From contig NC_043005.1 of NCBI RefSeq assembly GCF_006345805.1, positions 57,660,001-57,724,000 of the forward strand: a stretch of DNA of 64,000 nucleotides. The letters run 5' to 3'. Below, one piece after another: positions 1 to 11,035 of this stretch (the first letter of the stretch is position 1; the number at the start of each line of letters is the position of its first letter). The notes under the pieces are model-generated. The model ran no database searches. It was not told where the DNA came from and saw only the letters and a program-made list of their open reading frames with translations. The DNA comes from Octopus sinensis. Taxonomy: Eukaryota. The translations under genes were made by a program, and so were the position numbers.

Positions 1-332
1 GTGTGTATGTATGTGTGTATCCATTGACACACAGGCATAAATCGAAATGTATGTAGACGGAATGCATGTAAATGGAAACGGAAATAAAATACGATACATG
101 GTATATGTCAGTGCTTTATGCGAATGCATACACGCACACAGATGTACTCAGTAAATTCATGCAGATATATATATATATAAATAACTATAAGAGAGTGGTC
201 ACTATATGGCTCACTCTAGCACCAGTTAATCCAATAGGTTTCAACCACAAAAATACATGTTTCCCTTGAAAGTCAGTACGATTGTTAGCTCACACGGACA
301 GGGCAAATAAAAAATAACAAAAATACAGATTA

Positions 333-414
333 TTTTGGGACAATTGTTTCGCTATTAATGAATTAAATGTAATTTTACTTACAAAAAAATCCACTTGTAG
401 CTCCTCAGCCAAAA
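333..414 (-). ncRNA. Type I hammerhead ribozyme motif (copy in inverted arm)
   Basis: Reverse complement reads ttttgg-CTGAGGA-GCTA...TAGC-GAAA-CAATTG-TC-ccaaaa, with a perfect stem II. Confidence 0.85.
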
Positions 415-922
415 CTATCTGGATGAAATCCACTCAATCACACGCCAGATTTTATCATAACGATAAATACGCGTGTGGTTCAATTGATTACATCCGACGT
501 TATAACGTGTGAGCTAACAATCGTACTGACTTTCATGGGAAACATGTATTTTTGTGGTTGAAACCTTTTGGATTAACTGGTGCTAGAGTGAGCCATATAG
601 TGACCACTCTCTTATATTTATTTTGTAAAAATATTATAATATATTATAAAATATTATAATAATCCAGGTTTCTCGGAGCACTAGGCCACTTGGTGTAGAA
701 TAGATATACTATTAAATTAGTATCTAATTCTCTCACCCTTATTAATTAATTATAATTATGCTGCATTTATTTCTAAATGCTGTATTTGTTTTCCGTGAAA
801 GTTTGGCGCGCTGTTAGTTGGGGCATTTGAATTATAACGTCGGATGTAATCAATTGAACCACACGCGTATTTATCGTTATGGTAAAATCTGGCGTGTGAT
901 TGAGTGGATTTCATCCAGATAG

Positions 923-1004
923 TTTTGGCTGAGGAGTTACAAGTGGATTTTTTTGTAAGTAAAATTACATTTAATTCATTAATAGCGAAACAATTGTCCC
1001 AAAA
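923..1004 (+). ncRNA. Type I hammerhead ribozyme motif (minimal palindromic stem III)
   Basis: ttttgg-CTGAGGA-GTTA...TAGC-GAAA-CAATTG-TC-ccaaaa: 6-bp stem I, intact core, 4-bp stem II, predicted cleavage after GTC (C998). Confidence 0.85.
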
Positions 1005-1280
1005 TAATCTGTATTTTTGTTATTTTTTATTTGCCCTGTCCGTGTGAGCTAACAATCGTACTGACTTTCATGGGAAACATGTATTTTTGTGGTTGAAACC
1101 TATTGGATTAACTGGTGCTAGAGTGAGCCATATAGTGACCACTCTCTTATATTTATTTTGTAAAAATATTATAATATATTATAAAATATTATAATAATCC
1201 AGGTTTCTCGGAGCACTAGGCCACTTGGTGTAGAATAGATATACTATTAAATTAGTATATAATTCTCTCACCCTTATTAA

Positions 1281-1369
<89 letters not shown>

Positions 1370-1373
<4 letters not shown>

Positions 1374-1580
1374 TAAACCAAACAAGAAAACACAAAGAGA
1401 AAACACAACAACGCGAGGACGTGGAACAAATATAGTATTATTGGACGCTCAGGAAGGAAGGGAAGAAGGAGGGTTTAACGTTTCGAGCGGAGCTCTTCGT
1501 CAGGAACATAGGAAAAGGAAAGATCCAGAGAAGGGAAGACGGAGGAAAAAAATCGCTAACGGTACACACGCGGTCACATT
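1370..1580 (-). mobile_element. Short (TA)n-flanked element with hammerhead-like motif (extra A after core)
   Basis: Minus strand 1473-1507 reads gttc-CTGACGA-A-GAGC-tcc-GCTC-GAAA-CG-TT-aaac; (TA)n on both sides. Confidence 0.5.
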
Positions 1581-1618
<38 letters not shown>

Positions 1619-1801
1619 TGTATGTAGTATGTACGTATGCATATATATATGTATGTTTGTATTTATGTATGGTTATTCAATCTGATCTTGGTAACCAAGT
1701 AACCAAGTACAATCCGTACGAGGCCGGGACGTCGGAGACTAAACCAGCAGCTCCACCATGCTTGCCTAGTTAGGAGGCTGGACTTTCCAGGATGAAAAAT
1801 A

Positions 1802-1839
<38 letters not shown>

Positions 1840-1862
1840 ACACACAAACATACACACATATA

Positions 1863-1950
1863 GTGCAGGCGTGGCTGTGTGGTAAGAAGCTTGCTTCCCA
1901 ACTACATGGTTCCGGGTTCAGTCCCACTATATTGCACCTTGGACAAGAAT
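1863..1950 (+). mobile_element. SINE-A 5' head fragment
   Basis: gctgtgtggtaag...ggttcagtcccact tRNA-like head matching the full copies. Confidence 0.7.
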
Positions 1951-2395
1951 ACGTATGAATTCCCTATAAAAGAACTTTCTGTTTTTCTCACCCATTCCCT
2001 ATAAGTGAACTTTCTGTTTTTCTCACCGACCTTTCTTATCTTTTATACTTTTCTCCCACCTTTCTCTCTCTTTCATGACCCGATGACCCGGAAGTTGTTG
2101 CTCTTCCATTACTTTCGCAAACAGCAGTAACTTTCTTCAGTTGAATACATGTCATTACTTGGTTAAAATAACCCAAATACAACAACTTTAACACGAAACA
2201 ACTTCTAAAATACAAAATATTGTCAAAAACGTTTAGAGTAAACCGTGTTCTACGTGACACATTCAGCCAGTATCCGAAGTTTCAAACTGTTTAGTTAAAA
2301 AATATTAATTAAAAATCTGTGACTTTAGATTGAAAAGATTGTGTGTGTATTTATTAGCTCTCTCTCTCTCTCTGTATACATACATACATACATAT

Positions 2396-2490
<95 letters not shown>

Positions 2491-2493
<3 letters not shown>

Positions 2494-4055
2494 TCATCAT
2501 CATTATCATCAGGCTGGCAGCGGCCACGATCGGTTGGTGCTTTTTACGTGCCACCGACACAGAAGCCAGTCAAGGCGGCGCTGGCATCGGCCACGTTCGG
2601 ATGGTGCTGTTTACGTGCCGCCGGCACAGGTATCGTAACTACAATTTCCATTTGATATTTATTTTGATATTGATGTACTTGACTCAATAGGTCTCCTCAA
2701 GGACAGCAGGTCACCCTACGATCCAAGGTAAGCACAGCAGGTCGTTCTGCAATCCAAGGTACTTTGGATGGGCTGGGGCTATGCGAAACTGGTGCAGGAA
2801 GCAGCCTGGGTCTTTGCAGTCACAGCATATCTCCAGAGATCTCGGCCTTTCATTATTGCCTCTGTGAGGCCCAACGTTTGAAGGTCATGCTTGACTACCT
2901 CATCCCATGTCTTCCTGGGTCTACCTCTCCACCTGATACCTTCAACTGTTTGGGAGTGGCACATCTTCACACATCTCTCCTCATCCATCCGCAGTACATG
3001 ACCATACCAGCGTAAACGTCTCTCTTGCACACCACATCTGATGCTTCTTATATCCAGTATTTCTCTCAGGGCGCTTACACTCTGTCGTGTGAGCACACTG
3101 ACATCCAGCGGATCATGCTAGCTTCATTTTTTTCAAGTCTAAGCGTGTCCTCTGCAGTCACAGCTCATGTTTCACAACCGTGAAGCATGGTAGTTCGCAC
3201 ACATGCATCGTGCAATCTACTTTTCACTCTGAGCGAGAGACCCTTTGTCACCAGTAGGGGTAGGAGCTTTCTAAACTTTGCCTAGGCTATTCGTATTCTA
3301 GTGGTGACACACTCTGAGCATCCACCTCCACTAATAACTTGGTCACCTAGGTAGCGGAAACTATCAACTACTTCTAGTTTCTCCCCCTGGAGTGTGATGG
3401 AATCTGTATTCTGCCCCTGTGCATCTGCGCACATGAAAGCTATCGTCTCAGTTAATTTTCCTTTGATGTTGCTGCACCTCTTATGCGTCCATAGCTTACA
3501 CCGGGTACATCTTATGGAGTTTCTACCTACACCTTTTCTACAGATCGAACAGGGCCACCTGCCCGAGGGTGTGTGTGATGAGTTCGCCTTTCTGCTTACT
3601 ATAACTTTGGTCTTTGCTACATTTATTCTAAGGCCCTTTGATTCTAAACCTAGCTTCCACACCGAAATTTCTTTTCTAATTCCGGTAGTGATTCTGCTAT
3701 GAGGGCCAGGTCATCAGCATAGAGGAGCTCCCAGGGGCAACCCGTCTTGAATTCCTCTGTCATTGCCTGGAGGACTATGATGAATAGAAGGGGACTAAGG
3801 GCTGAACCTTGGTGGACCCTACTCCTACCCGGAATTCTTCACTATACTCGTTGCCAATCCTAACCTTACTAACGGCCTCTCTCTATAGGGCCTGTACAGC
3901 CCTTATCAACCATTCGTCAATCTCCAGTTTCCGCATTACCCACCAGATAAGGGATCGGGGGACCCTGTCAAAGGCTTTCTCCAAGTCCACAAAAGCTATG
4001 TAGAGGGGTTTATCTTTAGCTAGGTATTTCTCCTGCAGTTGACGAACCAGGAATA
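2491..4055 (-). mobile_element. 5'-truncated RTE-clade LINE (RT, PHD finger, C-terminus, (GAT)n tail)
   Basis: Frames contain FVDLEKAFDRVP, GSALSPLLF- and ELLYADDL-like RT motifs, CSICRKGVGRNSIRCTRCKLWTHKRC, and RRLRWYGHVLRM...GRPRKTW; (GAT)n-like tail at 2491-2510; frameshifted. Confidence 0.9.
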
Positions 4056-4103
4056 TATATGTATATGTATATATATATATGGGTGAAAAGGAACACACGA
4101 GTT

Positions 4104-4447
4104 GATATATATGAAAAAACAAGTCAAAATAGAAAATGCTAAATTAATTTTATAAAGAACCTGTTTTTGTCGGCATTTTCTGTATCTCGTGTGGGTTAAT
4201 GATATGTATAAGTATAAATATATGTATAAATATATGTACAAGTGCAAACAAGGGAGACAGAGAAAGGCAGAATGCCACTTATATTTGAACACTATACAAA
4301 TATTCCTTTAGAAAAACTTTTCTTTTAATTTTTCTAGATTTAATTATTTAATCGTTACAGTTGAAAAGGTCTCAAAATGACCGAAACCGGTACTGAAATG
4401 TTCTTTATAAAATTTATTTAGCATTTTCTATTTTGACTTGTTTTTTC

Positions 4448-4457
<10 letters not shown>
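4104..4457 (+). mobile_element. Short element with ~55-bp terminal inverted arms and a degenerate hammerhead
   Basis: 4104-4160 is the reverse complement of 4400-4457; 4355-4398 reads cag-TTGAAAA-GGTC...GACC-GAAA-CCGG-TA-ctg; (TA)n flanks. Confidence 0.55.
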
Positions 4458-4485
<28 letters not shown>

Positions 4486-4880
4486 GCTGTGTGGTAAGTA
4501 GCTTGCTAACCAACCACATGGTTCCGGGTTCAGTCCCACTGCGTGGCATCTTGGGCAAGTGTCTTCTGCTATAGCCCCGGGCCGACCAATGCCTTGTGAG
4601 TGGATTTGGTAGACGGAAACTGAAAGAAGCCTGTCGTATATATGTATATATATGTATGTGTGTGTGTTTGTGTGTCTCTGTTTGTTCTCCTAGCATTGCT
4701 TGACAACCGATGCTGGTGTGTTTACGTCCCCGTCACTTAGCGGTTCGGCAAAAAGAGACCGATAGAATAAGTACTGGGCTTACAAAAAGAATGAGTCCCG
4801 GGGTCGAGTTGCTCGACTAAGAGGCGGTGCTCCAGCATGGCCGCAGTCAAAATGACTGAAACAAGTAAAAGAAAGAAAGA
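4486..4880 (+). mobile_element. SINE-A (tRNA head, ttgggcaagtgtctt core, internal microsatellite)
   Basis: A/B-box-like head and 3' gcggtgctccagcatggccgcagtc...aagtaaaag tail; many copies in the window. Confidence 0.9.
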
Positions 4881-4904
4881 AATATATATATATATTGTTG
4901 TGTT

Positions 4905-4996
<92 letters not shown>

Positions 4997-5487
4997 GTTG
5001 TGTCTGGGGAGAGTCATTCTGTCTTAACGCCTTATTAATTAACACACTCACCGGTTCGATTTCCATTCATTTACTTATTTATTTTTTCTAAAATTTTCGT
5101 TGCTTCTTGCAACCTCTTCAAACGACTGTTGAAGAGGTTGCAAGAAGCAACGAAAATTTTAGAATGTATGTATGTATGTATTATGTATGTATGTATGTAT
5201 GTATGTATGTATGTAGTATGTATGTATGTATGTATGTATGTATGTATGTATGTATGCATGCATGCATGTATGTATGTATGTATGCACGCTTGAATATTAT
5301 TTTAGTGTATTTTATTGCGGGTGAGAGGCATGGAGATGAATCATTCATACTGAATTTAGATGGAAATATTTTACGTAGACAGATAGATAGCTAGATAAAT
5401 AAATAGATGCAGAGATACATACATTCATACAGACTTAAACATACATACATACATACATACATACATACATACATCATGCATACGTAC

Positions 5488-5518
<31 letters not shown>

Positions 5519-5627
5519 CATACATACATACATACATACATACATACATACATACATACATACATACATACATACATACATACATACATACATACATACA
5601 TTCATACATACATACAGACATACATAA

Positions 5628-6310
5628 AGGGGTGCTGGTGGAATGTCCCAGTGAAGACCTTAATAAGATGCAAGTACAACAGACCTGATATAATGATTTG
5701 GGATTGGGAAGAGAAACTGTGTACAGTTGTGGAAATTAGCTGCTTAGTGGATGTTAACATAAAGCTGAAGATCAGTGAAAAAGAGAACACCTATGCTGAA
5801 CTATTAAGAAATCTACAGTTACTCTATTCGGATTACAAATTCACGTTTATACTTGTAATTATTGGGGCCCTGGGATATGTAACACACTGCATAAATACCA
5901 ATCTTGAGAAATTAGGCTTCTCAAAACCAGAAAGAAGAAAGCTAATTCGAAGACTACAGATCCTATCAATCACTGGAACTGTAAAAATCTGTATAACTTT
6001 CTAGAAGTTAATCATTTAAATATATATGAGCATGTCTAGATATGCAAACTGTATGCATGAGACTACATACATGAAGCAAAACATACAAATCTGCCCATAT
6101 ACATTCGTACATACATACATACATACATACATACATACATACATACATACATACATACACACATACATACATACCTACGTACATACAAACAAATATACCC
6201 GGTTGTTGATGTGGAAATTCCATTGAAGGAGTCTTGGATCTAGGTTAGAAACTGACTCTTTCTCAATTGGCAAGAAATCTTGAAATAAAACTGAACAATG
6301 ACATACATAT
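5628..6310 (+). mobile_element. 5'-truncated RLE non-LTR retrotransposon, (ATAC)n-associated family
   Basis: ORF 5651-6004 NRPDIMIWD...VVEISC...EKENTY...IIGALG is a PD-(D/E)xK restriction-like endonuclease; 3' UTR holds an internal (ATAC)n; both ends lie in (ATAC)n. Confidence 0.8.
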
Positions 6311-6427
6311 AAAGATACGTGTGTGTTTGTATAGATGTATGCATACTGGTAAGTATATATGTATATGTATGTAGGTGCACATGTGTACATACGTATATAA
6401 TATATACATGAATGTATGCGTATAGGT

Positions 6428-6504
<77 letters not shown>

Positions 6505-7095
6505 GTGCGTCGTGCTTTCGTGCGTGCCTGCGTACATGTGCGTGTGCCTTCCTTTTCGTGATTCTGTGTTAGTGCAACGTTAAGTTAGTTAATAGACTTA
6601 TTGAAACTGACTTCATGAGCATATAAGCTCCTTATTTTCTGGATGAGGCCATTGGGTACATGTTTCAAATCGTCAGTCAAATAGTTGATATATATATATA
6701 TGAAGAATAGAATGATTATTGTTTCCTAGGAGAACTGATAGTTGAGTTTAACGTAGTGGAAAATTACGAATACACGCTATGATTATTATCATGTAATGAT
6801 GCACTAGTCAATTTTGAGTTAATGAAAAGAATTATGTATCATAAACTCGCTGCGTGGTATAATCTAACTTATTTAATCAGTGTTTGTAGCCGTCTGGAAA
6901 ATTATTCCATCACTTTGTACACCCACATATTCTTGCCGCTTATAAATATATAATACGCTATAACTAAAATTCTTTGTAAGCGTAGCTAGTCAAAATTAAC
7001 GAAGTTCGCTTATTTTCTGTCATGTTTTAACAATAAGAAATATGATAAACAAATTTAATTAACATGACCCCATATTGTAACTTTTAGTCACAAAT

Positions 7096-7314
7096 ACTCT
7101 TTTACTCTTTTACTCTTTTACTTGTTTCAGTCATTTGACTGCGGCCATGCTGGAGCACCGCCTTTTAGTCGAGCAAATCGACCCCGGGACTTATTCTTTG
7201 TAAGCCCAGTACATATCCTATCGGTCTCTTTTGCTGAACCGCTAAGTGACGGGGACGTAAACACACCAGCATCGGTTGTCAAGCAATGCTAGGGGGACAA
7301 ACACAGACACACAA

Positions 7315-7359
<45 letters not shown>

Positions 7360-7511
7360 TACGACAGACTTCTTTCAGTTTCCGTCTACCAAATCCACTC
7401 ACAAGGCATTGGTCGGCCCGGGGCTATAGCAGAAGGCACTTGCCCAAGATGCCACGCAGTGGGACTGAACCCGGAACCATGTGGTTGGTTAGCAAGCTAC
7501 TTACCACACAT
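7096..7511 (-). mobile_element. SINE-A
   Basis: Reverse complement of the 4486-4880 type, with an (AAAAGAGT)n-like tail. Confidence 0.9.
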
Positions 7512-7619
7512 CCACGTTTTTAAAAAAACTGTTTCTTCCTTAGCAACAGTCACTGTAATTATTAATCTGAATGAGGTAGATCGTGGTAATATCGCTGCAA
7601 ATCCATTCAAGATTATATA

Positions 7620-7822
7620 ACTATTTCTTTACTACCCACAAGTGGCTAAACACAGAGGGGACAAACAAGGACAGACAAACGGATTAAGTCGATTATATCG
7701 ACCCCAGTGCATAACTGGTACTTATTTTTATCGACCTCGAAAGGATGAAAGGCAAAGTCGACTTCGGCGGAATTTGAACTCAGAAGTAACAGCGGACGAA
7801 ATACCGCTAAGCATTTCGTCCG
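7620..7822 (-). mobile_element. SINE-B, 5'-truncated, 14-bp TSD
   Basis: ttctgagttcaaatt...gtcgactttgcctttcatcc body; TSD cattcaagattata at 7604-7617 and 7824-7837. Confidence 0.9.
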
Positions 7823-8569
7823 ACATTCAAGATTATAACATCAACATAAATTATACATTAAGAACTATACAGAGGATATGCGACAGAAGACTTGTAAAAG
7901 CAACATCTAAATTTTGAAAACTTGACACATGCCCTCATGGAGCCTGTGCATGCATACATATATACATGCATACATACATCTTTTGTTCATGTGTGTGTGT
8001 GTGTGTGTGTGTAAACAGACGAAAATACGACACCAACGCTGATGCATATGACACCTCCACCACTAATCTCAATGATGACTGTATCTCATGTGCTGGAACC
8101 CAAGAACGTGAATCATAGGCTGGGGTCGTATACTGCGCATCACAAGCAGGGCCATTTGTGCTGTTCAGTGACTCAAAAGCTAGAGGTCTGTTACATGACT
8201 CGTAAACTTGTGAGCTAGGTCATGATACATTAGCTGAGACAGATCGCAGCGCTTTGACTGAACCTCTAAACTGTGACATATAGGATTGGGCATTAGACCG
8301 TGACTTGTAGTAGTAGTAGTAGTAGTATGGGGACATGCGCTTTAACAGCGCGTCGCTGTATCCACTATTTATTGGAGATTCCCTACGCCTGACGGATGAC
8401 ATCATTGCACCACTCAGGCGCACCCACAACCCATAGGTCTGTTTGGGTGGTCATCACTGGTGTGGGTCTTACGAGGTCGGAGGGCAACTCCTAGCGCAAT
8501 CTCTTGTAGTCGCTTTTTACTACACGCAGAGGAAACGGTGGATTTATTGTTTGATATGGCAGTCCCCAC

Positions 8570-9000
8570 ACAACACTAGAGAAATGTGAGTGTTTTGCTC
8601 AAGAATACAACACGCCATCCAGACGACCAGGCCGGGAATCGAACCCGTGATCCGGCGATTGTGGGTGAAATACCTTGACCACTAGGCCACGTGCCTTCAT
8701 ATGACTCATAATGCATACACGCATACATACATACATACATACATACAGACGACCAGGCCAGGAATCGAACTCGTGATCCGGCGATTGTGGGTGAAACACC
8801 TTGACCACTAGGCCACGTGCCTTCATATGACTCATAATGCATACACGCATACATACATACATACATACAGACGACCAGGCCAGGCCAGGAATCGAACCCG
8901 TGATCCGGCGATTGTGGGTGAAACACCTTGACCACTAGGCCACGTGCCTTCATATGAATCATAATGCATACACGCATACATACATACATACATACATACA
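8570..9000 (-). repeat. Three tandem tRNA-like SINE heads separated by (TACA)n
   Basis: ~125-bp unit at 8621, 8748 and 8869; minus strand has tggcctagtgg (A box) and ggttcgattcc (B box). Confidence 0.8.
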
Positions 9001-9089
9001 TACATACATACATACATACATACATACATACATACATACATACATACATACACATACACACATATCTCTTTTATCTCTTAATTTCTAAA

Positions 9090-9400
9090 CCAGGTGAAGA
9101 TGCATTGTTAGTGGTTAGGTATTCGGCTCACGAATACCTAACCATGAGTTCGATTCCCAGTAGCGTGTTGTGTCCTAGAACAAGACACTTTATTTCACGT
9201 TTCTCTATTCCACTCAGCTGGTAAAAATGAGTAGTACCTGAATTTCAAAGGGCCAGCCTTGACTCTGTGTCATGCTAAATCTCCCTGAGAACTACGTTAA
9301 AGGTTCACGTGTCTGTGGAGAGCTCAGCCACTTGCACGCTAATTTCACGCGTAGTCTGTTCCGTTGATCGGATTATCTGGAACCATCGTCGTCGTAATCG
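9090..9400 (+). mobile_element. SINE-D, degenerate
   Basis: Shares ttcaaagggccagcc...ccctgagaactacgttaa...gttccgttgatcggat with 59217-59597. Confidence 0.7.
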
Positions 9401-9682
9401 ATGGTATGTCAGTTTTACACCCCCCACACACACACACATGCGGACATACACACACACGATATTGAACATAACGTTTTCTGATAAAATCAATTTCTGTACA
9501 AATTTATACAACAGATTTTGGTTTAATTTTATAAAGAGAGCCTCAACATTAACTGAATATACCACACGCATCATTGATGGGGGACCAACGATAACGTCTC
9601 TTCGTGGTTTACTTACCTGTTAGAAACAGTTAAAATAAATCTCCCTCACCACAATCCTGATGGGATTCTCGATCCTCTATGC

Positions 9683-10015
9683 AAAAGGTTCTCAACCCCC
9701 CCCTTTTTTTTTATTCATTGACCCCTTTGATTACTATTTTATTCTGGTGGGCCCCCGTAGCCATTCACTGTTTAAAAATTAGATTTATTGATACCTCTTT
9801 CAAAATTTCAGTTTTGCTTTACGCATTTTCACTTGTGTAGGTTTGCAATAACACTCGCTGAGAGAATATGTTTGAGTGGCTGGAAACATGTAAAATTTAG
9901 CTGTTTCTAGCAATAAATGCATCTAAAGCAGAATATTTTCATGGACCCTTAAAATATATTGTGGATACCCAATTCCCTATTTTGTTTACGTGGTCCCCCA
10001 AGTTGAGAACTACTG
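9683..10015. mobile_element. hAT-type MITE
   Basis: Ends ..ggttctcaac / gttgagaactactg; 8-bp TSD ctctatgc at 9675-9682 and 10016-10023. Confidence 0.7.
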
Positions 10016-10323
10016 CTCTATGCTTAAAACGTTGTGTGCTATTGTAACAACTAGGGAACAATACAAGTGGGTCTGTCTGTTCTGTTCATAACTGTCCTGA
10101 AGTTAAAATTGCTATGGTTGTTAGTATCACTCTTTCACCGGACTAACACATAACAATCAGTCTTATATGTGCTGTTGTTCTTGTTGTCTAACAAGAGATA
10201 AGCCTTGGCTGCACATACCTATTAACTAAGAGTAAGAAGAGGGATAGCTGTTATTTACCGGGCGTAGCCTTGAAGTATGTGGCATTATTTTCTGGTCTAT
10301 CATATCTGCAAATAAAGGTGTGG

Positions 10324-10575
10324 TGGAGGCGCGTGGCTTAGTGGTTAGGGTGTCAGCATCATGATCGTAAGATTGTGGTTTCGATTCCTGGACCGGGTGA
10401 CGCATTGTGTTCTTGAACAAAACACTTCATTTCACATTGCTCCAGTCTACTCAGATGGCAAAAATGAGTAACGCTGTGATGGACTGGCGTCCCGTCCAGC
10501 TGGGGAACACATACGCCATAGAAACCGGGAAACTGGGCCCATGAGCCTGGCTAGGCTTTAAAAGGGCACATCTAT
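10324..10575 (+). mobile_element. SINE-C (tRNA head)
   Basis: ggaggcgcgtggcttagtgg...ggtttcgattcc head and tgttcttgaacaaaacactt core; degenerate relatives at ~35780-36030 and ~36215-36380. Confidence 0.75.
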
Positions 10576-10835
10576 TTATTTTTAATAAAGGTGTAAGCAT
10601 TAAAATGGGTTTTGTTCTGAGTACTGAAAGCCTTCATTATGTCATTGTCTACGAACAAAGGCATTCCAGCCATGATCATCCAGGTTTTTAAAGTCAAAGA
10701 CATTGCATGTCTAGTGCAACAATATTCAGAGTTTCCTTTCGCTTACAAAACGATCAGATAATAAGTTGTAAGATATATCGTTACCATTTCTAGCTTGTTG
10801 AGTAGCCACATATAGGTACTCGCTGTATTTGTGTA

Positions 10836-11035
10836 CGAGGGGGTGCCGAAAAGTTCCTGGCTTTGGGTAAAAGAAAATACAAGAGGATCATGAGTTTATT
10901 CGACATATTCCTCTCTCAAATTCTTCAGGCCCCTCACTTTTTCCAAACCCTGTAAAAGAACTTGGAAGGTTGGGTGGGTTTCCATCTAGGCCTTTTGCGA
11001 CACCCTTAAGCCAGAAATATTTCAGTACCTCCTCG
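10836..11035. mobile_element. mariner-type MITE
   Basis: TA|cgagggggtgccgaaaagttcctggctt ... aagccagaaatatttcagtacctcctcg|TA imperfect TIRs with TA TSD. Confidence 0.75.

Larger units (their letters stand above)
186..1289 (+). mobile_element. Non-autonomous Penelope-like/retrozyme-type element: 320-bp inverted arm + 535-bp-period partial tandem, hammerhead-bearing, in (TA)n
   Basis: 186-505 is the reverse complement of 832-1151; 506-754 is directly repeated at 1041-1289; hammerhead at 923-1004; (TA)n on both flanks; no ORF of note. Confidence 0.75.

Noticed and set aside
186-1289. DIRS-type ITR/ICR interpretation
   Set aside because: The internal repeat is a direct copy of the right end, not a complement of both termini; no tyrosine recombinase trace; the hammerhead and partial tandem fit PLE geometry better.
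8690-8950. Genuine tRNA genes
   Set aside because: A/B boxes are present, but the acceptor and anticodon stems do not pair and the sequence continues into a SINE body.
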